A stretch of 64,000 nucleotides of DNA from Octopus bimaculoides (Eukaryota), in NCBI RefSeq assembly GCF_001194135.2, contig NC_068990.1, forward strand, positions 54,151,898-54,215,897. The letters are read 5' to 3'. Of this stretch, positions 41,046-52,745 are shown one piece after another (the stretch's first letter is position 1; the number at the start of each line of letters is the position of its first letter). Below the pieces are notes generated by a model. That model did not search any database. It saw nothing but the letters and a program-made list of their open reading frames with translations, and had not been told where the DNA came from. The position numbers and the translations under genes are program-made.

Positions 41046-42635
41046 TCTCCTTCCACTACCCCCAACACTACCCCAACACTTTTTAAAAATTTCTTTAGTC
41101 ACTCTTAACTACTTAATTCCTATCATTGCAGAAATTTTTGAGTTTGTAAAACTCACCTGTCTCAAAAGCTCACCATCACTCCCACCTCACCCTCTGCTAC
41201 AAGAAAAAAAAATTAAGGCTCACTGGTTTAGTTTCAGGCAGATTCTCATTTATTTAATACTTGGTAACAGTCACCTTATCAATAGTAAAACATAAGCAAC
41301 AAGTAGGAAGAGGGCAACAGAACAGTCTGTCAAGTTCCTCTACCCAATAAGAAACAGAGAAAGGAACATTTTTCAACACACCATCGACCTAGTTTTTCTG
41401 GTTTGTCCCAAATAACTAGCTCTGTCTGTCACTGTCTATTTATTTTTATACCACACACACACACACACAAAGCTTTTTCACTTCAGTTCAATTATTATTC
41501 AGACTAGTATTGTCACTTTTATTATTTTCTGGTCTATTTTAGCCACTAAATTCTAAAACACACTAACATAAATAAAGTCAACAATGGTGAGAATTGAGGG
41601 TGATAAGTTCACTTTTAATATTCAGCAGTCTTGAAAATCAACCCAGAAAAATAATTTTGGTCAGCTGCTATAAATTACAAAATAACAAAAGCTAACAGTG
41701 ACAGTGTAATAGCTAACTGTTTCCTTGAAGCAGCAGTTGGCTGTTGACTAGTCATACAACATACTGCTGCTGCTAATAATAATAATACTGTTCTTCCATT
41801 TACAGTGTAACCCTTTAGCAATTAATCTACCCAATGTAAAGCTTATGTATTCATACTGTTTTGAATTAATCATGTATTGTCTCAGCTTTGAGATTTCAAT
41901 GTGATGATGATGATGTTATTGTCTATTTTTACACTGATGTATAAAATATAACCTAAACTCAAACAACTACACGACCAAATTATTGTAAAGGGAGTTGCAA
42001 GTCAACCACAAAAATAAAATAAAGCCCTAAAGATGGAGCACCTACATGTCACTGAATCTGCTAGAAACAGCAGCCAAAATCTTCAAGACATCCTACTCTC
42101 TTCAAAAAAGAGATGACAACAATAATAAATGGAATGTCTGCTGAATGAGGGGCTGACCTGCAGTTTAAACAACAACTAAATCTAACCCTTCCCCATGCAC
42201 ACACACCACCATCACTATAAATATGTCAGCAAGTGCCTTCAGTCACCTATTAACAAATTTACAGGTGAAACAGGATGAAAGATATTGATTGGTAAAAAGT
42301 TCAACAACAGCTGACCTTTAACTCTTGACTAATTTCTCTAAAATATCAATGAAAGAATGAATAGAGGATAATGACATTGTTCAATGCCTTAGTTTTCAAA
42401 CCACGGTAGTGGTGGTGATGAACTTTGGCTTGTCAGTAATACATTTCTGAAAACACAAGTCAGACATGTTTAGGGGCATAGCAGTCAGTGGAACTAACCC
42501 TAATATGTGACTGATACTTATTTTATAATTGAAAAAAGGAAATACTAAATAGAATGAGACGATTTGAACTAAGAACATTAAGAATCTGGTGGAGTGCAGT
42601 CCACTGTGCCACTAAAAAGGATAAATCTATTTCAC

Positions 42636-42677
42636 CGCCTCCTTGTTCTTTCCTTTTGACATGAGTTTAGATGCCAT
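42636..42677 (-). CDS. Candidate start-codon exon of the IRF gene (MASKLMSKGKNKEA)
   Basis: ATG in strong Kozak context (aagaATGG) with a basic peptide, upstream of the DBD exon. However, the only donor (GCG|gtgaaa) is weak and phase 0, whereas the first AG of the next exon needs phase 1. It is in frame only if the second AG of cagAG|ATT is used. Confidence 0.25.
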
Positions 42678-45247
42678 TCTTGTCACCAACTGTTCTAGAT
42701 CATAGACTTAGGAATGCATAAAGGCAATGAGGACTCCGCAAGTAACAAAGATTGATTTTCTTTAATGCCAAGTGGCAAATGAATGGGACAAGTGGTAAAA
42801 ACTGTCCAATATTTGTCAAAAAGAGGGGGAGTGAGAATATAAATGCAAAAGGAAAATGAAACATAAAAAGGCATTGGAGGGGTGATGCATACCCTGTTCA
42901 AACACAAGGATAAAATAAAATTTAATTTAATAAATATATTCTCAGATGAATTCATATGTCAACAAAATTACACCAAAAGTTATTTCCCTTGCTTATTGTT
43001 TATGCATAAGTAACAAAGAAAAAAAGAAAATTTTGATTCACCTGTCCACCAGTTTTGAAGTTTCAAACCAAAATTTAATGAGTTCAAGTCACTTACCCAA
43101 TGAGTGTTTCTGCCAGATTTGGTGAAGATTTCTTCAGCCGTTTTCCAGGAATTTTGCAAACACACAAACAAACAGACCAACACTCTGCTTTCGCTTATGC
43201 ACACAGGATAATAATAATTTGTTATTGTATATAGTGCAGAATTAGTAATGAATTGGTTTAAGGAAACACTCAGCATAAAAGCAATCAATTTTCTTGACTT
43301 GAGAGTTTAACAGACACAAAATTTAATCTGAAATGTGATTTGTTGAAAATTCACCTTGTGCTCAAAGCACTCACATCCAGTAATTAATTGGCTACACTCC
43401 ACTGATTCTTACAAACACAAAAATCGTGAATAAAGTTCTTCCATTTACAGTGTAACCCTTTAGCAGTTAATCTACCAAATGTAAAGCTTATGTATTCATA
43501 CTGTTTTGAATTAATCATGTATTGTCTCAGCTTTGAGATTTCAATGTGATGATGATGATGTTATTGTCTATTTTTACAATGATATTGTAGGATAGATGTT
43601 AGAGGCTAGATCTGGCCAGTTTGAACACATATGGCTGGAAATAGCCAGTTTAAATGTTTAGCATTAAAAAGGGAAAATCTTTACATCTGACAAGAACAGC
43701 AGAAAGTATTCTCTCAGATATTTCAGAGAACTGAAATACTAAGCAATTCAACATTCCTCAAGGACTTTGTTCATGTCTGCTCACAAAATCTTTGGACCTT
43801 TTTATTTAATTTAATTTATTAATATTAATTCAATGTTTTTTATAGGTCAACTGCCAATTTTAGGAAGTCAATAGAGATTGAGGTGGCAAATGGTTGGCCT
43901 AACTGCAGAAATACCCAGCCCAGTTTCACTGCTGGGTAAGTGGTCAACTCAGGATGGCCTGAGTAGGCAATTGGTTGACTTCTAAGAAGTATTAAAAAAA
44001 GCCAAAACAAAAAAAAAAAAATTGTGCCATTCAATAGCAACTAGTTACTAAGTCAGTGAGGTGAGCTCTAGAAAGTGTATAAGACAAATCAGTGGTTGTT
44101 GGCATCAAGGTAAATGTGGAAGCTTCAGCTAGAATTCCCAATGTAGCAGTCACAATGATACACAATTCACTTGCCAAAAGAAGTAAATAGATAGACAAAA
44201 CAATGAAGTGAAAGAAATAATTCAATCTATTTGGAATGGCAATTATTAATGTAAAATTTCAGTTGGGCATCGAAGTAGGGCAAAAAATGTGTGTACATGC
44301 ATAAATAAATATTTCATTATGTAGGAAAGTACTATGAAGATTCAATTGCATAAAGAATGGGAAGATATATAGCTTGTGCTTTTCTCGAGGGCATATTTAA
44401 ACCAAAATTTCCCCTCTCCTTCACTATTATTTTTGTAATAATTCTTTTAACATTTTATCATCAGTATCAGTTGTTTAAATTTTAACAATGTCACAAAGCA
44501 TATTATATACTTGTAAATGTGAAATCTTGTGATATCTCTAGTCTTGTTGGTTGCATAATAGTTGAGGAAAAATATATATCTTCCTTCTCTTACTGCTTTT
44601 TTTTTTTTTTTTTTTTTTGCTCAGAACAAACAATTTAAGAAATAAGCCAATAATTTTAGCTTCTTTGGGGTTAAACTGCAATATCTATCTATCTATATGT
44701 ATGTATCCCCCTCTCATTCTTCCTTCTGTTACTACTATATCTCTCTCTTCCTCCCTGTCTCTCGTTGCTCACCTATTTTCTACTTCCTCCCCTTTTTTCT
44801 CTCTCTACCACTCTTTCTCCTTACTCCTCACTGGTCACAGGTGTCCAGCCCTACTTCCTTTCTTCCTTGGCTATCGCCAAGCACACACACAAACTATTCT
44901 TCGTCCCTCTTCGTATAGCCTTTTTTGTTTATTCTATTGTTTTGTTTTCCTGTCTTGTTTTCTGTCCGCCACTACACTCCTCCATGGTACAAATTTTATT
45001 TGTGGTCCGTGGGAAGAGCCATTTTAACGATGTGTCCTGCCCTAACTTTTCGAAGTGCCAGTGTTAGAATGATAGCAGCTGATGAAGGAAATGTTCTCTA
45101 TGTGGCCTGTGTGTTTTCTGTACTCTGTTTATCATTTTGTCTACGTTTTGTTTGCAATGTCCTGTACCCAGATATGTATCTATATATACAGGTAGATGTA
45201 AGTATGTACATACATGTACGTATATATGCATATACTCATTTATTATT

Positions 45248-45280
<33 letters not shown>

Positions 45281-45834
45281 GAACTATGTGTTAATGGAAA
45301 ATTTTGTCATGGAAGGTAAAGGAGGGAACTCCAAACTTCAAACTGATTCAAAATTAGATGGTGACATGCAGTTGCAAGTAAGCTTTGTACTGGTAAATAT
45401 GGTGATAACAGTTTCAGTCTGAGACCTTCTAAACAAAATGTAACATGTACTTACAAAATCTTAAAACAACTGACATGATATAGTTTTTATGTAAAACTAA
45501 TTCAGATTAGACAATATAAAGTAATGACTTGAGTTCATTACAAGCCTGCCTGAGACCATACCCTGGTCCTATGATATAAATTTCATGATTTTAAATAAAC
45601 TAGATGAAAACATCAATCAAAATTTTATGTTAATTTACATTTCAAATACTAGCTAAATAATGACAAAAGTTATTTTACTAAATTCTTTATTATTTTCGAA
45701 ATTAAATGACAATATTTCAGCAGAAATTTGGTAACAAAAGAGTTAAGCATGTCAGCTGTCTGGCATAACAGTATGTTCTTCATGCAGAGGGCAAACCTGG
45801 AAAAATTTTCCAGTGCTATGATAATTGCAGTTCA

Positions 45835-47320
45835 TCATCATCATCATCATCGTTTAACGTCCGCTTTCCATGCTAGCATGGGTTGGACGATTTGACTGAG
45901 GACTGGTGAAACCGGATGGCAACACCAGGCTCCAGTCTGATTTGGCAGAGTTTCTACAGCTGGATGCCCTTCCTAACGCCAACCACTCAGAGAGTGTAGT
46001 GGGTGCTTTTACGTGTCACCCGCACGAAAACGGCCACGCTCGAAATGGTGTCTTTTATGTGCCACCCGCACAAGCCAGTCCAGGGGCACTGGCAACGATC
46101 TCGCTCGAAAATCCTACAGGAGCCNNNNNNNNNNNNNNNNNNNNNNNNNNNNNNNNNNNNNNNNNNNNNNNNNNNNNNNNNNNNNNNNNNNNNNNNNNNN
46201 NNNNNNNNNNNNNNNNNNNNNNNNNNNNNNNNNNNNNNNNNNNNNNNNNNNNNNNNNNNNNNNNNNNNNNNNNNNNNNNNNNNNNNNNNNNNNNNNNNNN
46301 NNNNNNNNNNNNNNNNNNNNNNNNNNNNNNNNNNNNNNNNNNNNNNNNNNNNNNNNNNNNNNNNNNNNNNNNNNNNNNNNNNNNNNNNNNNNNNNNNNNN
46401 NNNNNNNNNNNNNNNNNNNNNNNNNNNNNNNNNNNNNNNNNNNNNNNNNNNNNNNNNNNNNNNNNNNNNNNNNNNNNNNNNNNNNNNNNNNNNNNNNNNN
46501 NNNNNNNNNNNNNNNNNNNNNNNNNNNNNNNNNNNNNNNNNNNNNNNNNNNNNNNNNNNNNNNNNNNNNNNNNNNNNNNNNNNNNNNNNNNNNNNNNNNN
46601 NNNNNNNNNNNNNNNNNNNNNNNNNNNNNNNNNNNNNNNNNNNNNNNNNNNNNNNNNNNNNNNNNNNNNNNNNNNNNNNNNNNNNNNNNNNNNNNNNNNN
46701 NNNNNNNNNNNNNNNNNNNNNNNNNNNNNNNNNNNNNNNNNNNNNNNNNNNNNNNNNNNNNNNNNNNNNNNNNNNNNNNNNNNNNNNNNNNNNNNNNNNN
46801 NNNNNNNNNNNNNNNNNNNNNNNNNNNNNNNNNNNNNNNNNNNNNNNNNNNNNNNNNNNNNNNNNNNNNNNNNNNNNNNNNNNNNNNNNNNNNNNNNNNN
46901 NNNNNNNNNNNNNNNNNNNNNNNNNNNNNNNNNNNNNNNNNNNNNNNNNNNNNNNNNNNNNNNNNNNNNNNNNNNNNNNNNNNNNNNNNNNNNNNNNNNN
47001 NNNNNNNNNNNNNNNNNACAAACAAAAACTAACTTGCTAGTTAACCTGCCTTTGATGTTGCTGCACCTCTTATGTGTCCATAGCTTGCACCGGGTACATC
47101 TTATAGAGTTACTACCTACTCCTTTTCTACATACTGAGCAGGGCCATCTACCTGAAGGGGTTTGTGTTTTATCTACCTTCCTACTTATTAGGATTTTGGT
47201 TTTAGCTAGGTTGACTCTAAGGCCCTTCAATTCTAGACCTTGCTTCCACACCTGAAACTTCTCCTCTAGTTCTGATAGTGACTCCGCAATTAGGGCAAGG
47301 TCATCAGCATAGAGGAGTTA
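45835..47320 (-). mobile_element. Young RTE-clade LINE 3' part spanning an N-gap
   Basis: WKQGLELKGLRVNLAKTKIL..WPCSVCRKGVG.. on one side of the gap; CpG-intact 3' UTR and (CAT)n tail on the other. Confidence 0.88.
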
Positions 47321-48049
47321 TGCATGTGAATTATTATCAGGTAAATAAATAGCTGAAGACATTCCTAAGATTCAGTCTTTGGCGACGTAACTACAACAAT
47401 ATCGGTACTTATACGAAAATTCTCATTCTTACAAAGACAGAATTAAAAAAAGTTGTACTGCAACTTTCAGAGAGTATACGTGTGTGCGTATATCACATAT
47501 AGCTACAGAAACATTTGAATTAACAAAGAAGCCTATACGCGATAGTTTGATCTGCTTGAAATAACAGCTAAATCAACCCAACCCGATGATTCTTCTTCAT
47601 TATTATGGTTGTAAACCAAAACTAAATAAATAAAATTTTAAAAAAAACACAGAAACCATAAAAACGGAATAGAATCATGAACATGATTAAATTTTCTAAA
47701 GAAATATACCAATATGTCACTAATGCAGCATTTAATCGTATGTCGTCTTAACTATATAAAATAGGTACAGAAATTAAACAAAATCAATATATATTAACTT
47801 TGTTTAATACTAGTCCCTCCTCCACCAGATCGTTCTTGTATAGGCGAAGGAAGGGACAAGACATTTTGCCTGCAACTCTCAACAACAACAACAGCATCTA
47901 AAGTATTGCAATTATACAGAAACTTTAGTCTTGTAATTTCCCGAAGTTCCGTCTACGAAATTTAGTTTCCCTGAGTTCCGTCTAATGTATTTAGTTTGGT
48001 AATGAAATTAGATCCTGGTGACACTATTCCACATTTTCACCACATTATT

Positions 48050-48740
48050 TCATTAAATAATCTAATTCCATTTTTCTGAGAAATGTTTACTGTCTTTTGT
48101 ACTAAATGTTTTTAAAAACGGGAGGGGTGTAGACATTCTAGGAATGATACCCCCATCTAATTTTTTCCAGACATGTAGAATCTCATTATTTTGTAGGCTT
48201 TTTGTTAAGGCAATGGGAGCATCATCTGACGGGCATTTGGCTGCTATTACTAGCAATCCAGCGACATGGACGCTCAAGTCTGCCCCGAACGAGCAGACCT
48301 TATAATGAAAGCACTCCAGCTGTGAGTATCCTGCCTTTTTTCCTAAGTGCAGGAACCCAGGACTACACTAATCAACGTATCCTCCTGTGGTAATGTGTCT
48401 TCAGAGATTTGGCTTCTATTTCCAGCATAACAAACGAACACGTACAGGTTGCCTTATTGGCACATTTGAGGCTCCTGGAGCTTTGTTGGTCAAGATCTTC
48501 ATCCGGGAACTAAAAAAAAAATCAACCAGCCTGGTGGGTGTTAACAAGTGTGTGAAAAACGAATATGAAAAAAATAAAATGAGCGCTGACGACCCTGGGG
48601 TGGGGAGGGGGCTTTCGGAAAATTCACAAGATCCGATTTTTCCGTCATAACTTCGGCTACAATGGATATATATTGATTTTTTTTTTACAGAATCCTACGT
48701 TTTTGGTTATGGAGGATCCGATTCTGAAAAAAAATTCAAA
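48050..48740. mobile_element. Unclassified CpG-rich insertion, possibly a DNA transposon relic
   Basis: Compositionally distinct, with a stop-free minus frame of about 100 codons and a cataacttcgg..gaggatccgattctgaaaaaaaatt subterminal-like end running into an N-gap. Confidence 0.3.
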
Positions 48741-49671
48741 NNNNNNNNNNNNNNNNNNNNNNNNNNNNNNNNNNNNNNNNNNNNNNNNNNNNNNNNNNNN
48801 NNNNNNNNNNNNNNNNNNNNNNNNNNNNNNNNNNNNNNNNNNNNNNNNNNNNNNNNNNNNNNNNNNNNNNNNNNNNNNNNNNNNNNNNNNNNNNNNNNNN
48901 NNNNNNNNNNNNNNNNNNNNNNNNNNNNNNNNNNNNNNNNNNNNNNNNNNNNNNNNNNNNNNNNNNNNNNNNNNNNNNNNNNNNNNNNNNNNNNNNNNNN
49001 NNNNNNNNNNNNNNNNNNNNNNNNNNNNNNNNNNNNNNNNNNNNNNNNNNNNNNNNNNNNNNNNNNNNNNNNNNNNNNNNNNNNNNNNNNNNNNNNNNNN
49101 NNNNNNNNNNNNNNNNNNNNNNNNNNNNNNNNNNNNNNNNNNNNNNNNNNNNNNNNNNNNNNNNNNNNNNNNNNNNNNNNNNNNNNNNNNNNNNNNNNNN
49201 NNNNNNNNNNNNNNNNNNNNNNNNNNNNNNNNNNNNNNNNNNNNNNNNNNNNNNNNNNNNNNNNNNNNNNNNNNNNNNNNNNNNNNNNNNNNNNNNNNNN
49301 NNNNNNNNNNNNNNNNNNNNNNNNNNNNNNNNNNNNNNNNNNNNNNNNNNNNNNNNNNNNNNNNNTTAATGGATACATCTTAGTAATAGAAGTACTAGAT
49401 TCCCTGTTTGTGGTAGACGGAAATAAATGGGGTGGTCACGACGGGGCTACTAAAATAGTGATGATTAGAGATAGAGATAAGAAAAAGTCCTTGCTGAATA
49501 AAGTAAAAATAGAAGAGAAAGACAGTTTGCAGGAGCGAAGGAGAGGAGATCAACAAGTATAATAATTGACTATAAGTATGAGATATATGAATTATGTGTA
49601 GCTATGTGCGAGTGCGCGGACAAATGTACTTAAGTTTCTTATGTTGTAGCATATGTGAAGAAGGGATGAAT

Positions 49672-49713
<42 letters not shown>

Positions 49714-49728
49714 GAGTTGCTGGTTATT

Positions 49729-49742
49729 AGTTTCAGTTTCAC
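49729..49742 (-). promoter_or_regulatory. IRF-E/ISRE-like element 2
   Basis: Plus strand AGTTTCAGTTTCAC (ISRE consensus AGTTTCNNTTTC); minus strand GAAACTGAAACT is a full IRF-E match; about +85 to +98 from the predicted TSS. Confidence 0.55.
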
Positions 49743-49796
49743 TAAAACAACCAGTCAGCCAGAAAAGCAGGCAGACGGTAGACAGGGGAAATAAGA

Positions 49797-49812
49797 GAAG
49801 TGAAAGCGAAAC
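49797..49812 (+). promoter_or_regulatory. IRF-E/ISRE-like element 1
   Basis: GAAGTGAAAGCGAAAC fits G(A)AAA(G/C)(T/C)GAAA(G/C) with an upstream AAGT; about +15 to +30 from the predicted TSS. Confidence 0.55.
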
Positions 49813-49822
49813 ACAACAAGAC

Positions 49823-49855
49823 AACTGACAAAAAGAGACAAAATTTAGTTTTATA
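49823..49855 (-). promoter_or_regulatory. TATA + Inr core promoter oriented toward the IRF gene (predicted +1 about 49826)
   Basis: Minus strand has TATAAAA at 49855-49849 and TCAGTT (Inr consensus TCAKTY) at 49828-49823; the first T of the TATA box sits at -29. The region retains CpG dinucleotides. Confidence 0.6.
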
Positions 49856-52554
49856 AAGTGGTAGGACTGGTACGAGCAATAAACATTCCAGAGAGACGAC
49901 GATGATATAGGAGGGTGAGTGGTGTTGACTTTGTAAAATGAATGTAAATACATTCGTCTGTCTCATTCTCAGCAAACACTACAAGGGAACTAGTGGCAAA
50001 CTGGTTGCAGTCGGAGTTGGCAAACAAAACTCTAAATCAAAGTTTATAAAATGTCACAAGTATTGCCGTGAAAACATTCTAACGTTTCGAGTATCTGAAA
50101 CGTTAAGGGTTCGTTTTATTTCCTAAAATGGTACTAAAACAACATCGACACAGACGGAGACCCCCCCCCCAAAAAAAAAACATGATCCCGTTTAATAATT
50201 TCCTTAGTCGCTCTCATCCAACAACACCCATACATCTCAAGGAGAAAATCCCCTACAAATATTCCCAAAGAAACTTTACATTCATTAAAGCATCACAAAG
50301 ACTGGAATTTTTCTCACTTGAGTCCCACATTAGCTTAGGTCTGAAGATACGACCTACATTCCCATCTGTTGTATCCATCACCAGTAGTCCTCCCTGTCTC
50401 TAACTTCTGGCCTATCATTTATAACAAAATCTCTGGTCTTTTTATACAGCCACAGAATGACCTTTCATCTTTGAAAACCTCTACTCACCAAATTATATAT
50501 GATGCTCTACCGATAGTGACAACCAGGAAATATTAATGTGCTCGCTCCACCTGCTAAAATTACAAACCAAATCTAACGCAATTAGATGTAGTCGTTCCTA
50601 CATCTACTATGCCTGAAAATAAGATGAGATGGTCACGGCTGTAACGCCCATGGTTTACCCAAACCCGCCTAATGTCACTCAGTTAACACAATAGTCCAGA
50701 TTGGGAGGGTTTCTTAAGATTAGAAGCACGCACGGCCTTCACTTTGTCAGACGAGTGAGGAGAAATGGTGGAATAGTTTTAAAAATAACGAAGTCATAAG
50801 AAACTAGTTTTGGTGGAGAAAAGTTAAAAATGAAGCGTGAGAAGGGAAAGGAGAATAAAACAAAACAGCCAGGAGATAAAAGATTTTTAAAGATAAAATC
50901 TAATTATAAAGAAACTAGAAAAGTTAGTTTGGGGCAGGAGATAAGAGAAAAGAAAAAGAACAAGAGAGAGGAAAAAGAAACAAGGGAAAGGATAGAGGGG
51001 AAGAGAGGATAAGTAAAAGAGAGGAAAGAGAAAGTACAGAAAAAACGAGAGTGGGAGGAAAAGGAAAGAGAAAGTAGAGCGAAAGAAAAGTTGTGGAAAA
51101 GTTAATGTGGGGAATGGGAGAAGGACATAAAATAAATAAAAAGTTTTACACTGAAATGCAAATAATTGTATCGGAATTTCAACACACTATTTTCATATAA
51201 TTTGATAAAGATAAGTCATTATACAAGAAACATAAGAAAAACCAAATTTATTTGGATATATCGTCTTAGGAGAGAGACTAATGGCGCAATGAAAAAATAC
51301 CCTTCTTCGTCCGAGTTCATTAATAGAGCTTATTAAAAGAGAAAAATATCCACATACAACTAGTTTTGTCTCTTTATTCGCCAAGGTGGTAGTGGCTTTC
51401 ATCACATTCCACTTGGGTTAGCAGAGTAGAAGCAAAAAAGAAAGAGGATGAATAACAAAATAGAAATACTATCGTCCTTACAAGTTCAAGAGTGGGGGGG
51501 GGGTATAGAGAAAGAAATATTAACGAGAGATGAAAGATAAAGAGGAGGATTCAAATATACAGTGCGAGTGCGTATGTGTATGTATAAACACACACATTAT
51601 AAGATATAGAGTAAACAGATGAGACGTAGGGAGAGAGAAAGTTGAACAGTTGAGGGTGGCAATATGTATAACCCAAATCTAGTTTTTGTTGCTTGTTTTT
51701 AAGTTTCTTTCATTAGAGTAAACAACTCAATGAACAATTTACGTTTTATGACTGACAGGCCACAACACCAACCACACTTATAAATGAAACACACACAAAC
51801 GTGTGTGTGTGTAGTATTAGACAGAGGAAACTGGTAGTGATATCTACGTCAGCAAAATTTTTCAACTTTTAGTGGGGAAAATTTGTAAATTTGGAATGAT
51901 TCACGCCGTAGTTTTTTTTTAAGTTTGTGAAGTTTTCTAAATTGATAAAACGAAGCATTTTAATAAGGCGGTGGTGGTGTTAGTATTTGTATGAGAAAGA
52001 TCACAACGTACTTAACAGAGAAACTCGGAGTATTAGTTCGGTCGGGGGCTGTGGTAGAAGACACTTGCCCAAGGTGCCACGCAATAGGACTGAACCCGAA
52101 CCATGTGATTGAGAAACAAACTTCTTAGCATACAACTATACCCGAGCCTATAGCGACATGTATCTCCACTTCAATAACTATGGAGTGAAGGATATTTGAG
52201 AAGACTGAGCAAAAAAAATCAACACTGATCTGTGACAAATGGAAAATTATCGAGTCAAATATGTTGTGAAGGGGGGGGGGTTGCAAACATATACACACAA
52301 CTTTTGTAGTTTTATAGAGGAAGGGGTGTGTTGTGATAGTTATACCGTTCGAAAAGATATAAACGGTATACTTTAATATACAAGTCTTATTAAAGGAGGT
52401 CGTAAAGCAATTAATTAGATCTACATGTTTATTATCGTCCTGGTAGCTAGCACCAACAGAAAGAAAAAGGACAGCAACAGCCAAGTAGGGAAGTAACAAG
52501 TGAACTTGTCATTCAGGGCTCCTCACCTTCTATCATTTTCCCTTTAAAACTCGA

Positions 52555-52745
52555 GCAACAAGGAGACTTCTTCGTGGTCGCTCGACATGCTAGAAATAGT
52601 AGCCTAATAGCCCTCATATCACATTTTACTGCCTTAAATAAGTAAAGAACACATCATAGTGTAATCAACATACTCTGAAGATGAGATGGTCATGTACCAA
52701 AGGAGGTCTACTCGATCAAGACTGACCTGGGGCTAAACAACTTTG
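52555..52745 (+). repeat. Dispersed repeat family (gaaacctctac..ctgctagaaatagcagccaaat..ctgacctggggctaaacaac)
   Basis: Related copies at about 3780-4010, 5155-5345, 18300-18470, 35370-35500, 42030-42180, 50500-50650. Confidence 0.65.

Noticed and set aside
45292-45378. Plus-strand ATG..CAA|gtaagc exon-like segment
   Set aside because: No recognisable protein and no other plus-strand exons; it lies antisense within the IRF locus.
51845-51903. CRE-, kB- and AP-1-like cluster (tacgtca, ggggaaaatt, tgattca)
   Set aside because: Each deviates from consensus and is short enough to arise by chance.
52125-52499. ORF with a signal-peptide-like start
   Set aside because: Begins at TTG rather than ATG, overlaps repeat-derived sequence, and has no domain.
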